Both the position numbers and the translations under genes were made by a program. DNA of 56,486 nt from an uncultured delta proteobacterium. GTDB taxonomy: Bacteria; Desulfobacterota; Binatia; UBA9968. Positions 1 through 9,659 of this stretch are shown in pieces; the stretch's first letter is position 1; each line of letters opens with the position of its first letter. Below the pieces are notes generated by a model. The model had not been told where the DNA came from. It did not search any database and was given only the letters and a program-made list of their open reading frames with translations. The stretch covers positions 1 through 56,486 of the forward strand of contig CAWJBB010000082.1 in NCBI GenBank assembly GCA_963840855.1, given 5' to 3'.

Positions 1-1
1 G

Positions 2-97
2 GGAAAGAAGAATTCGGACCAGGTTATCGACTCAATGCGGCGCATCGAGTCGGTGGGCAGTGTTCGCGATTTGACAAAGCTGCTGGTAGTGGATTGA
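2..97 (+). CDS. 3' end of a gene entering the window, probably MmgE/PrpD family
   Basis: Frame 2 reads GKKNSDQVIDSMRRIESVGSVRDLTKLLVVD*, which resembles the C-terminal helix of MmgE/PrpD proteins; only 31 aa visible. Confidence 0.45.
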   Translation, partial: GKKNSDQVIDSMRRIESVGSVRDLTKLLVVD

Positions 98-341
98 CGG
101 CGAACAGCCAATCCGGTCTGTCGTACCTACCTCCGATGTCGGTCGGCTCCGCCGTTGCGTTCACATTGTCGAATCGGGAGTATTGGGCAAAGAATGAAGA
201 AACTAGCGATCACATTGACAATATTCCTCTTGCCGGTTTCGGCGCAGGTTCCGTTCGGGGGCGGCGCCGATTCGGAGATTGGATAGTCGATGCGGTCGCT
301 GGAAAATCTCAGCGCGCAACGGGGTATAAAGGGCAATCGAA

Positions 342-1564
342 GTGCAGTCTCGTCGATTCTACTCGAAAAAGCTTGTGATCGGAGGATGGATCGTTGCCAG
401 CCTCGGGGGAGACCCTGGGGTGGCCATTTCAGCCGCTTCGGGCTTCGACTGCGAAAAAGCGATAAAATTTGTTGAAAAGCTCATATGCAGGGATGCCGAG
501 TTGTCACAAGCGGATCAAAAGATGGCGCAGCTTTATGCTGCGGCGATCAAAAAACTCCCGCCATCGCGCGCCGCCGAACTGCGCAGCCAACAACAAGGAT
601 GGCTCAAAACCCGAAACGATTGTGAGACTTTCACAGAACCCAGGCGGAATTGTGTTTCTTACTTATCAGCAACGGATTTCATATCTGGATGCACTGGCCA
701 CCGCACTTCGAAGGTTGAGGCCGAGCGATCGCCTCCGACATTGGAAGAACTGAAAAACACGACTTACAAGGGTTTGGCAGACATTAAAGACAGGGTCAGG
801 CTCGTCAACGGAAAGTGGGAGGGGCGCCTCATCGCCAAAGGCAGCCCAGTCAGGCCGAGAGTTCAACTGTTGGAGCTGTTACGCGTTACCGGGGATATGG
901 ACGGCGACGGAGTCGAGGAATCCGTAGTGCTTTTGAATCTAAGCACGGGCGGCACCGGCCAGTTGCTTCACATTGCCGTGGTTGGGAGAAGAAGCGGTCG
1001 AGTAGAGAATCTTGCCACCAGGCCGATTGGCGACCGTGTTCAAATCCGCGATGTTAGGATTCAAGACAAGAGGTTATTCGCCGACGTAGTACAGGCCGGG
1101 GCGCAAGACGCCATGTGTTGCCCCGGCGAGGTAGTTACCCGAGTATGGACACTGGCAAATGACGGTACGTTGACAGCCGTTGTTCCAAGCGAAAAGCCGA
1201 GCCGCCTGACTCTGGAAACCATCGGTGGAGTCGAATGGATGTTGAAATCTTGGGACATCGGCGATCGGGTCCCGCAAGGCGCGCGCGTGACCCTGGCTTA
1301 TAAAGACGGCCGTTTTTCGGGTGCCGGAGGGTGCAACCAATATTTCGCGCCGGTCAAAGATGGCGACGCGCCCGGAGAAGTTATCGTTGGGCCGATCGGA
1401 GCGACGCGCAAGTCCTGCGCCGAGGCCGAGAATGCAATCGAAACAAGATTTTTCGAAGAACTGGCGCACGTAAAAAAATCGGTTTTTGGCTGACGCAAAT
1501 GGCTTTGACTTACGAAACAAAGGGCGTGTGGCGAACGATGCTGTTTACTAAGGCGGGATCTTGA
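342..1564 (+). CDS. Secreted LprI/DUF1311-like + META domain protein, frameshifted near its 3' end
   Basis: N-terminal SGFDCEKA..VEKLIC..LSQAD..QQGWLKTRNDC (LprI-like); C-terminal FSGAGGCNQY..GPIGATRKSC (META). The natural tail IGFWLTQMALTYETKGVWRTMLF is in another frame after the A7 run at 1472-1478. Confidence 0.7.
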
Positions 1565-1739
1565 TTACCTATCGGCGGCAAATCGAATGATCTGGCAGCC
1601 CACCGACTTAAGGCTTATATGACCTGTCGCGCAGCGATTGCGACCAAAGCTGACTTCGATCTGACGCCTGCCAATCGGGTTCAGACCGGAACCGAATCTG
1701 AGCGGCGCGTGCGCGGCTTCTTTCTGACCGAGGCGACCG

Positions 1740-2780
1740 TTGGGATGGAGTAACCGCTATCTCTTAGTTGTCGCTGCCATGCTTCTACCCGCGTGCGTAT
1801 CAGCGCCAACTTACGAGATCGAATCGATGCCTCCCGTCGTGCTCTCCGCGCTCGGCGACGCCGGCGTCAAAGATCTGCGTTCTCTATATCGAGCGGCCGT
1901 TTGTGCGAGATAGTCGGCTGGTCATGCTTCATGTGACGAGGTTCTTAGACGATTTCCCGGCGAAGATAAAATAGACGGCAGAGCCGGGCAGCGAAATCCG
2001 GCAGAGCAATATCGAATCGGTTTTGTCCCGGGGATTTTTGCCGACTGCATGAACGGAGTCTTTCATCCTTTCACGGACGCGATCCAAGAGCTTCGGCAAA
2101 AGGGATTCGCGGTCAGTGATTTTCGCATACCCGGCCGCGGCGCCTCGGCGCAGAATGCGGATCATCTGGCCAAGCAACTCGACGAAATCGCTGCGCACCG
2201 TCTCCGTCTGATACTTGTTGTGTATTCCAAGGGCTTGCCGGACGTGCTGGAGTTGTTGCTTCGACACCCGCGCCAGGCCGACCGGATCGCGGCGATCGTT
2301 AGCGTTGCCGGAGTGTCCGGCGGCAGTCCGATTGCCGATCGCATGGAAAAGTTCTATCGGCGCTGGCTCGCTTCTCTGCCCTTGCCCGGGTGCGAGGGAG
2401 GAACGGGCGCGGAGGTCCATGATCTGCGGCGCGATGTGCGCGTGGAGTGGTGGAGCCGTAATCGTTCCGCCGTAAAAGTGCCGATTTTCTCACTCGTCGC
2501 CGTTCCCAACGCCGATCGCGTGTCCCCGATACTTGCGAAAACATACGGAGAGCTGTCGGAAATCGATCCTCGCAATGATGGACAGTTGCTGTGGTATGAC
2601 GCAGTCGTTCCCCACGGATATCTGCTTGGGTACGTCAACGCCGATCACCTGGCGATCGCCATTCCGCTCGCCGAGCAAGCGCCGCTCTTGAAGCCGCTAT
2701 TTCGGGACAATGTGCCCAGACCCGCGCTTATCGAAGCGGCTATTGAAGTCGTTGCTGGAACGGTTGAGGCTTTCCAGTGA
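1740..2780 (+). pseudogene. Lipoprotein alpha/beta-hydrolase interrupted by an in-frame TAG
   Basis: TTG 1740 gives MGWSNRYLLVVAAMLLPAC (lipobox); in-frame TAG at 1911-1913; frame continues into ORF 2049..2780 with FVPG oxyanion motif, VYSKG nucleophile elbow, NDG and ADH motifs. Confidence 0.7.
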
Positions 2781-2869
2781 AACGATCTGTGTTTATCTAT
2801 TCTTTAAGAATTGCTAGTGGATTACAGTGGGGATGTCACCGGTTGAGTTAGTCCACCCTGGAGGAGCGC

Positions 2870-3838
2870 ATGACAAAGCCAAAAATCACCATCGCACTGT
2901 CACACTACGACCGGCATGTGCCGTTTTTCGACGGCACCGTGCAAGCGCAAGGCATCGATCTCAATATCTTGATCGTCGGCCAGTCTGACCGGCAGAGAGA
3001 CGGTGAGGAGCGCCACGAGCGTATGCTGCAAAAGGGGGAGTTCGATGTCGCGGAGCTGTCGCTTTCATCTTACTTGATGGCGAAAAGCCGCGGCATGCCG
3101 TTTACCGCCATTCCGGTTTTCCCGCGACGCTTGTTTAGCCATTCGCAGATGTGGGTCAACGTGGACGCGGGAATTGGCGAGCCCAAGGATCTCATCGGCA
3201 AGAAGGTTGGCTTGCACAGTTTCCAGAATACCCTCGCGACGCTAGCCAAAGGAGATTTGCAGAGCGAGCATAATGTGCCCTGGCGAAAAGTTCATTGGCT
3301 GCTCAGCAAAAAGGACAATATCGAATTTACACCGGAACCCGGCGTGAAGATCGATCAGTTGCCGGAGAGCGCCAACGCCGGTGATATGCTCGAACGGGGA
3401 GAGGTCGCTGCGATGATGACGCCTAATCCACCGAAGCCGGTGCTGCGCGGCTCGAAGAAAATCAAACGCCTCTTCGCCGATCCCAAGGCGGAGGATCTCC
3501 GGTACTACAAAAAGAACGGCTTTTTTCCGATCATGCACGTGGTCGCCTTCAAAGACCACGTCCTGGAAAAATATCCCGAAGCTGCGGAGAGCCTGTTCAA
3601 AGCGTTCGGCGAAGCAAAGAAAATCTGCCGCGCATTCTACGCCGATCCCAACTGGTCCTGGCTTGCCTGGGGCCGGCAAGCATTCGAAGAAGAAGAAAAA
3701 CTCTTGGGTCCCGATCCCTGGCCCTATGGCTTAGAGAATAACCGGGCAAATCTAGAACGCTTTGTTAGCTATTCCTTGGATCAGGGACTGATGGCGAAAA
3801 GGATGGCCGTGGAGGAGTTGTTCCTGTCGATCAACTGA
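2870..3838 (+). CDS. 4,5-dihydroxyphthalate decarboxylase-like protein (periplasmic-binding-protein fold)
   Basis: YDRHVPFFDG, FDVAELSLSSY, AIPVFPRRLFSHS, FPIMHVV and DPWPYGLENNR motifs; RBS GGAGGAG; no signal peptide. Confidence 0.85.
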   Translation: MTKPKITIALSHYDRHVPFFDGTVQAQGIDLNILIVGQSDRQRDGEERHERMLQKGEFDVAELSLSSYLMAKSRGMPFTAIPVFPRRLFSHSQMWVNVDAGIGEPKDLIGKKVGLHSFQNTLATLAKGDLQSEHNVPWRKVHWLLSKKDNIEFTPEPGVKIDQLPESANAGDMLERGEVAAMMTPNPPKPVLRGSKKIKRLFADPKAEDLRYYKKNGFFPIMHVVAFKDHVLEKYPEAAESLFKAFGEAKKICRAFYADPNWSWLAWGRQAFEEEEKLLGPDPWPYGLENNRANLERFVSYSLDQGLMAKRMAVEELFLSIN

Positions 3839-3929
3839 TATGCCCGTATCGTTCGAATCTCAAAAGTTCTCGCTTGGCTTCTCTTAAAACAACCTACCCC
3901 TCGACGGACAAGGGTGGGGGTGAGTCGAC

Positions 3930-4661
3930 TTACCGCGAAAGTTCGTCAGCAAGGGCTCGCAAAAGCGCTGCGCCGTCACCGCGCCATGCGCTGCCGTGCA
4001 TGCATGCGAGGGTCGTCGGTCCGGTAGAAGCAAGCCGCTCAAGCATAGCCCGTGCGTTTTTCGTGTGTGAATAATAGTCCATCGCATGGCGAAACGCTTC
4101 GCTTGGACCGAGGATGTCCGACTCGGTGATTGCCGGATGATCGGCGCCGGGCTGGGTAAATAGATCGCCGCAGAGCAGCGTTTTCGTTCGTTCTTCCATG
4201 AGGAAACCACATTCCCAGGCGTGAGGCAGGTGCGGTGTGTCAAACCATCGCACCAATGACTTTCCAAGCGAGAGCGTCTCTCCGTCAGCGAGCGCTCGAG
4301 GCGGCCGGTCCGCAAGATCGGTGATGGATACCATGGCAGCCACCGTGCCGCATAGAGGCGCGGATTGCGGAGCTACCGCGAGCCATTCATTGAGCGATCC
4401 GCATTCGTCCGCTTCGACGTGCGAAAAAGCAACGTAACGAAGCTTTTCCACTGGCATCACGCTCGCAACCGCCTCGCGGACGAGAGGAAACATCTTCCGC
4501 GGTCCGGTGTGAAAGATCAGCGGTTCATCGTCAACGATAAGATATTGGTTGAATGAGAATCCTCCCGGTCCTCCTTCGATGACAACCGGCGTATTGATCC
4601 GATAAATCCCATCCGCAATCTCATGGACATTCGTCCCGGACTGCTTATTCGTAATCGCCAT
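3930..4661 (-). CDS. MBL-fold metallo-hydrolase (FprA/ODP-like)
   Basis: FNQYLI, HTG, SHVEADECG, TPHLPHAWE, CGDLF and CMHG motifs; ATG 4661 with AAGGAG RBS. Confidence 0.85.
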   Translation of the reverse strand: MAITNKQSGTNVHEIADGIYRINTPVVIEGGPGGFSFNQYLIVDDEPLIFHTGPRKMFPLVREAVASVMPVEKLRYVAFSHVEADECGSLNEWLAVAPQSAPLCGTVAAMVSITDLADRPPRALADGETLSLGKSLVRWFDTPHLPHAWECGFLMEERTKTLLCGDLFTQPGADHPAITESDILGPSEAFRHAMDYYSHTKNARAMLERLASTGPTTLACMHGSAWRGDGAALLRALADELSR

Positions 4662-4681
4662 TCCATTCTCCTTCGATAGCG

Positions 4682-4944
4682 TCAAACCGGCTTTACCAAC
4701 CGAGCACCGATTTCGTTTACGGCATCCTGCAGAACCAGGCCACTTCCAGTAAATGAGTCGGCAAGACATTCTGACGTATATTAATCAAAAGTTCCGAGGG
4801 CACCTGGGCCAAATAAGTCCGAAACTCGGGAGATGCCTGGCTCCCATCGGAGAGTCTCCCGTCGCCTGCAAATGCCACTAGTTGCTGCACATGCTTTGCC
4901 GCAATCTGGTCACGAGACGTTCGCCACAAATCGACTAGAGCCAT
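4682..4944 (-). pseudogene. Truncated, frameshifted 5' fragment of a conserved hypothetical gene (possibly restriction-endonuclease-like)
   Basis: MALVDLWRTSRDQIAAKHVQQLVAFAGDGRL..FRTYL continues after a 1-nt shift near 4781 as YTSECLADSFTGSGLVLQDAVNEIGARL and then stops; family recognised from memory only. Confidence 0.45.
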
Positions 4945-4972
4945 TGGATTTATTCGGGCGACGGTTTAGGGA

Positions 4973-5045
4973 GCCCAGCGTGCGAGTTCAGCGGCCGGCA
5001 AAAGGAAAAACGGAACGTTGTTGACTGACTGGAATAAGTGTACGT
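4973..5045 (-). repeat. Degenerate integron attC site
   Basis: Minus strand GCCGCTGAACTCGCACGCTGGGC resembles an attC right arm with a GTT>GCT change; left arm eroded. Confidence 0.45.
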
Positions 5046-5252
5046 CATTTAACCCGCGAGTAATTCCAGTTAGTTTCATTGTTACGCGCAAAAGAGCGGT
5101 GCCACAATGAGATCGGCGCTCCTGATTCCAGGATTGATTGTCCTTTCGGACTTGTCCTGACGCCCTGGGATAAAGATCTCTTACCCAGTTTTTGGACCCG
5201 TGGCCACCGCTCGATCCCATCTTGCTCCCCGCGAACGAGGTAGTCAACTAAT

Positions 5253-5324
5253 GGCGAACGACTGGATCACCGGCGGGGAATTGTTGGGGTGCGCCCCCGT
5301 CCGCGCGCATGCATTTGTTCTGAC
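5253..5324 (-). repeat. Integron attC site of the shikimate-kinase cassette
   Basis: Minus strand GTCAGAAC-AAATG-CATGCGCGCGG ... CCGGTGATC-CAGTC-GTTCGCC; the L boxes pair with two extrahelical G; R'' GTCAGAAC is complementary at 7/8 positions to the cassette start GTTCGGAC (5924-5917). Confidence 0.8.
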
Positions 5325-5887
5325 TCCCCGTGCTCCGTTCCGGCTTTGTCGATCACTTCCAATGCCTCTTTCACCTTGTCGGCCGCTTGCTCGATAGTAA
5401 GACCCGAGATGTCAACCTGCAAATCGGCGCGTTCGTAGGTCTTGCGGAAGTAGCTGATGTCCTTTTTGATCTCCCTCAAGTACAGGTGCTTCTCGTCAGC
5501 AGTCAGGTCTTTATCGATGAGCTTTGACTCTCTGTCGTAGAACGTGATCCGCTCCAGAATGTTCTCCGGCTTGTCGTTGAGTGCTACGGTGATTCCAGGG
5601 GCCTTCTTTAGGACCTCCAGATACCCTCCCATCAGTCCACTCGGCGGCAGGGCTATCACGCTGTCTCGGCTGTCCGGACGACTCAGGAGATGAACCAGGG
5701 CCCTCGCCGCTTCCTTGCGATAAGAGTGGATGGTCCGTAACTTTTTCTGGAGTCGCTCGATACTCGTCCCGAAGAAAGTCTCGATCTCGTGGTCCAGATC
5801 GAAAAACTTCACGCCCAGAAGCTCCGCCAGTGTCCTGCCGATCGTCGTCTTGCCGACGCAACTCACGCCTGTCAGAAAAACTCGCAC
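5267..5887 (-). CDS. Shikimate kinase-like P-loop kinase (integron gene cassette)
   Basis: GVSCVGKTT P-loop, FFDLDHEIE, YERADL; the C-terminus runs into the attC. Confidence 0.8.
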   Translation of the reverse strand: MRVFLTGVSCVGKTTIGRTLAELLGVKFFDLDHEIETFFGTSIERLQKKLRTIHSYRKEAARALVHLLSRPDSRDSVIALPPSGLMGGYLEVLKKAPGITVALNDKPENILERITFYDRESKLIDKDLTADEKHLYLREIKKDISYFRKTYERADLQVDISGLTIEQAADKVKEALEVIDKAGTEHGESEQMHARGRGRTPTIPRR

Positions 5888-5916
5888 CGGTGTTCCTCGC
5901 GCGTGAATTCTCTGTT

Positions 5917-6090
5917 GTCCGAACTAATAGGTGAGCTATTTAGGCCGCGTCATTCCTGGCGGCCTGTTCCATACAAATTCGCCATGCATTGAATGCAAAA
6001 TGGGTTGTAATGTCAATCCGTTACGAAAACTTTGTCAAGTAGTGCTTGCCCGAAAAATACCACCGTAGCGGCAGTTTATACCACTATTGG
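5917..6090 (-). promoter_or_regulatory. attI-like site and cassette promoter region
   Basis: Cassette starts at GTTCGGAC with no attC left arm upstream; the AT-richer noncoding region has two TTGACA hexamers on the minus strand (6016-6011 and 6038-6033). Confidence 0.5.
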
Positions 6091-6368
6091 CCCGCGATGT
6101 ATCTCGAAGCGATATGGCGTATGACTAGCACTCGGAATGTTTCGTCGTTTACAACGCGGAAAAGAACAGCATATGGAAAACGATGCACGAAGCAGCGGCG
6201 GATATCGTGCTCGACAATCGCGGACTGGAGCGGATTGGAACGAATGCTCTCAATCGTCGCGTAAACCTCGGAACGAAACTCCTCGCCGAGACCGGCACGT
6301 TGTTGGTTATAATATGAAATAGCGCTGTTGAGATCGGAGGCGGTGAGCGGATGATACTGAACAATCAT
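6084..6368 (-). CDS. Type II toxin, RelE/ParE family
   Basis: HPLTASDL..AISYY..GLGEEF..NP..RRCFVHRFPY.VLF motif; ATGA overlap with the antitoxin. Confidence 0.9.
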   Translation of the reverse strand: MIVQYHPLTASDLNSAISYYNQQRAGLGEEFRSEVYATIESIRSNPLQSAIVEHDIRRCFVHRFPYAVLFRVVNDETFRVLVIRHIASRYIAGQ

Positions 6369-6604
6369 TCAGAAGCGCCACCGGTACGCCGTAGGAACTC
6401 GGCGTGGTCGATGGGTTGAACTTTGCCAGATTCGATTTCCGTATCGCGTTGTACGGCGAGGTGGATGCCCTCGGGATCGATTTTGCGATTGCTCGCCGCC
6501 TTTGGATCACTAACCAAGCTTTCCCACGCTGCCATCGCGAGCCGTTCGCGCTCAACAGGAGGTAAGGCGAGTATTTCTTTTTCAAGTTCAGTGATCTTAC
6601 TCAT
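6365..6604 (-). CDS. Addiction module antitoxin
   Basis: MSKITELEKEILALPPVERERLAMAAWESL..QRDTEIESGKVQPI is typical of addiction-module components paired with ParE. Confidence 0.85.
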   Translation of the reverse strand: MSKITELEKEILALPPVERERLAMAAWESLVSDPKAASNRKIDPEGIHLAVQRDTEIESGKVQPIDHAEFLRRTGGASE

Positions 6605-6642
6605 TGAACAAAGTATACCTTGTAAGCTAGTTTCACCGCAAT
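6605..6642 (-). promoter_or_regulatory. Probable leaderless sigma70 promoter of the TA operon
   Basis: TTGCGG-18 nt-TATACT-7 nt-ATG, with no Shine-Dalgarno sequence. Confidence 0.55.
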
Positions 6643-6738
6643 GTGGGTCCTGAACGGATGCCAAGGGTAGGGGCGACAGGCCTCTCTCTCCTACAGCTGC
6701 GTTATACGACATCGTTGGCCGCTATAGGCGACCGAGGC

Positions 6739-6812
6739 GCTGAACGCATGGGTCACGGCGGGCGATTATTCGAGCATTCGGTTTGTCTGCTGCGGCTCAT
6801 ACGAATGGTTAA
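6739..6812 (-). repeat. Degenerate attC downstream of the cupin gene
   Basis: TCTTAAC overlaps the cupin stop; right arm CCCGCCGTGACCCATGCGTTCAGC resembles the 5253 attC right arm. Confidence 0.4.
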
Positions 6813-7183
6813 GACGAAGGTGGGTTCGCTTCGACGAGCTTGCCCAGTCGGGCGTCGGGGTCGGCCAAGGTAATGACGAGTCGAAGCGGATCGGCTCCGG
6901 TGTTTCGGTAGCCGTGCGGCGTGCCCGGTGGCACGACGAGACTCATATCGGCGCAAACCGGAATGGTCTCCGCACCCAGAGTGGCGATTCCCTCGCCCGA
7001 AATGAAAGTCAATACTTCTTCCACTGTGTGAGTATGCAGCGGTACGACCTCGCCGGGTTCGTGGCACGTGACCCAGACCGAAAGCGAAGCCGCACCCACC
7101 TCTCGGTTCACTACCATCGACAGTGATAGCTCTCCAGAGGCGGAGCGGATGACCGGACGATCACGATGATAGACAACGGGCAT
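6809..7183 (-). CDS. Cupin domain protein
   Basis: PLHTHTVEE and VPPGTPHGYRN cupin motifs; GGAGG RBS. Confidence 0.9.
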   Translation of the reverse strand: MPVVYHRDRPVIRSASGELSLSMVVNREVGAASLSVWVTCHEPGEVVPLHTHTVEEVLTFISGEGIATLGAETIPVCADMSLVVPPGTPHGYRNTGADPLRLVITLADPDARLGKLVEANPPSS

Positions 7184-7297
7184 ATAGACCTCCGACGTTT
7201 TCCGGTTCGATGAATCTATAGCCTTTTATCCTTAAAGCCTGGAAGGAATCAAGTTCTGTAATGGTCACATATAGGTGCCTGCGGGAGCGGCGAGCCC

Positions 7298-9640
7298 CTA
7301 CGGTTTCGTGACACGGCATGGTTGGCCGCGATGCGCGACCGAGGCGCTGATCGGATCGGAATCAGTGTTAGGAATGAGCAAATTAGTGTTGGCGCCGTTT
7401 TGACTGAAGGGGTCCTGTCCATTGAGCTTCAATTCTTGGCAGGCTTGCCACCAGCCGTATACCGTCGCAACGACTTTGGTATGTACTGAACCGTTGAACT
7501 TGGCTTTCAGTTTTACTTTGCCCGTTGCCGTTTCCAGAAAAATCCACTCGCCGTCTTCGATGCCTTGAACTTTAGCTGTGTCCGGATGGATTTCCAGCAA
7601 CGGTTCGGGGACTACGCGGCGCAGGCGCGGGATGTTGCGGTGTTGTTCGTCGCAGAAATGGATGTCTCTGAAGAAAGTCAGGGTGAGTGGATACGCCTCG
7701 TCGTTCGCCTTTTTGAATTTGAATTCAGGCAGCGGGGCGTAACCGGCTTTGGCGAAAGTAGTCGAATAAATCTCGATCTTGCGAGTGGGCGTGTCGAAGC
7801 CTTGCGGGCGGCCACTGAGAGGAACGACGTCGGCGTATTTTCGATAGCGCGCTTGAGTATTCACCCGCAGTCCGCCCGGTTTTTCGCGCAGCTGTCGGAC
7901 GGTCAAACCGGCAGGCGCGAGCTGAAAATTCAAAGCCGCGTCGATGTCGCCATTGAAAAAGTGTTCTCTCAAGCCGAGTCTCGCCGCCAGATCAAAAATG
8001 ATCTCCGTGTCGGACCGAGATTCATGCGCGGGTGGAATTACCGCAGGTCGGAGCTGAACCCAGTTGACCGTGTCTTCAGCGATTTCGAACGACGGCATCA
8101 GCGCTTCGCGCTCCCAGCAACTAGCGGCGGGAAGTAGCAAGTCGGCGAACCGAGCGCTGGGGTTGATAAACATGTCCACGTGCACGTAGAAGTCCAGCGC
8201 TTCAAGCGCGGCTTTGCCTTTCAGCGGGTCGCCATGGCCCAGCAACGGATCACTGCCAAACAGGACCAGCGCTTTAACCGGATATGGACGGCCAGAAAGG
8301 ATTGCGTCATAAACCTCCGCGGCTTGGACGAGACCGGGATCAGCGGGTGGGCCGAGAGGGTGTGTAGTTGCGCCGAGCCGTAAATTTGCATTCTCGTTTG
8401 GCAGCAATTCGCGCCCTGTGGTCGAGTTCGTCGGCGGCGCGTCGAAAAGCACATTGCTGCCGCGCTGATCGAATTGCCCCGTGAGCGCGTAGAAGATGCA
8501 AACCGCCCGATTGGTTTGCATCGCGTCGTTGTCCTGCTCGAGTCCGACCCATGTGCAGTAGCAAGATGGTTTTTCACCGGCGAACAGTCGCACCGCCCTG
8601 CGTATCTCTTGGGCTGGAACCGTGGTGACAGCTTCGGCGCGCTCGGGCGCAAACGGTGCCACGGCCGCCTTCAATAACTCAAATGCCGGTCGGCACTCGA
8701 CAATTTCCCCACCCTTGAGTTTGATATTGAAATTACCTGAGAGCGCTGCCTCTACCTCGGAATGATCGGCGTTCAGCGGCCAGCCGGTCTGTTCGTCCCA
8801 GATAGTAAATGTATTTGGATTCCCCCTTTCGATGAGGTGTTGTTCAATCAGCAGTTGAGCGTTGTCGCCGCGCACGAGGAATGGCGCATTCGTCCAGCGG
8901 CGCACGAAATCGGCGTTGAACAGATTTTCTTCGATGAGGACATGGATCATTGCCATCGCCAGTTCGCCGTCGGTGCCGGGCTTTACTCTGAGCCAACAGT
9001 CGGCTTTTTGCGCCAGTCCCGTCTCACGCGGATCGATGACGATGAGCTTGGCGCCGCGGTTTCGCGCGCGGCTTATGCGGCTTGCTTGCGCCGGCGACGT
9101 CGCTTGCGGGTTGATGCCCCAGAGAAGCATACAGCGGGCATGGTCGAAATCCGGTATCGGTAGGCCCGCGCCATAGGTGTACTTGGAGCCGACCCGCCGA
9201 TTCCATGTGCAGATATGATTCGACGTGAGCAGATTTGGACTGCCGAAAGCGTTTGCCAGGCGCTGTATCCATCCATCGAAGTCGATGGCCGCGCTTCCCG
9301 CCGTCGTGGCGCGGGAGAAAACCACAGCTTCGGGACCAAAGTTTGCTTTGATGTCGTTAAGACGCCGCGCCGCCAGGGTGAGAGCCTGGTCCCAAGTTAT
9401 TTCTACCCATCCGGGATTCCCGTCTCCCTTTCGCCGTGTGCGCACCATAGGTTGGCGGAGGCGATCCGGCGAGTAGACGATCTCCGGTGCGGCAGTGCCC
9501 TTCACGCAGATGCAGCCGTTCGGATGGTCAGGATCGGCGTTTACTGTTGTGAATTTGCCGTCCTCGACCGTGGCGATGACGCCGCAGCGCGACGTGCACA
9601 TCGCGCAATAGGTGTGAATCCGTTGAATGGTGCTGGACAA
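7298..9640 (-). CDS. Molybdopterin-dependent oxidoreductase (DMSO reductase superfamily, acetylene-hydratase-like), with 4Fe-4S site
   Basis: HTYCAMCTSRCG..CICVKG, PDRL, LLWGINP, IVIDPR, ADLLLPAA, TPTRKIEIYS and EIHPDTA motifs. Confidence 0.9.
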   Translation of the reverse strand: MSSTIQRIHTYCAMCTSRCGVIATVEDGKFTTVNADPDHPNGCICVKGTAAPEIVYSPDRLRQPMVRTRRKGDGNPGWVEITWDQALTLAARRLNDIKANFGPEAVVFSRATTAGSAAIDFDGWIQRLANAFGSPNLLTSNHICTWNRRVGSKYTYGAGLPIPDFDHARCMLLWGINPQATSPAQASRISRARNRGAKLIVIDPRETGLAQKADCWLRVKPGTDGELAMAMIHVLIEENLFNADFVRRWTNAPFLVRGDNAQLLIEQHLIERGNPNTFTIWDEQTGWPLNADHSEVEAALSGNFNIKLKGGEIVECRPAFELLKAAVAPFAPERAEAVTTVPAQEIRRAVRLFAGEKPSCYCTWVGLEQDNDAMQTNRAVCIFYALTGQFDQRGSNVLFDAPPTNSTTGRELLPNENANLRLGATTHPLGPPADPGLVQAAEVYDAILSGRPYPVKALVLFGSDPLLGHGDPLKGKAALEALDFYVHVDMFINPSARFADLLLPAASCWEREALMPSFEIAEDTVNWVQLRPAVIPPAHESRSDTEIIFDLAARLGLREHFFNGDIDAALNFQLAPAGLTVRQLREKPGGLRVNTQARYRKYADVVPLSGRPQGFDTPTRKIEIYSTTFAKAGYAPLPEFKFKKANDEAYPLTLTFFRDIHFCDEQHRNIPRLRRVVPEPLLEIHPDTAKVQGIEDGEWIFLETATGKVKLKAKFNGSVHTKVVATVYGWWQACQELKLNGQDPFSQNGANTNLLIPNTDSDPISASVAHRGQPCRVTKP

Positions 9641-9659
9641 AATTTGTCCCGATGCGCGT

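Noticed and set aside
195-287. 30-aa signal-peptide-like ORF MKKLAITLTIFLLPVSAQ..
   Set aside because: Stops after 30 codons; possibly a gene remnant but cannot be verified
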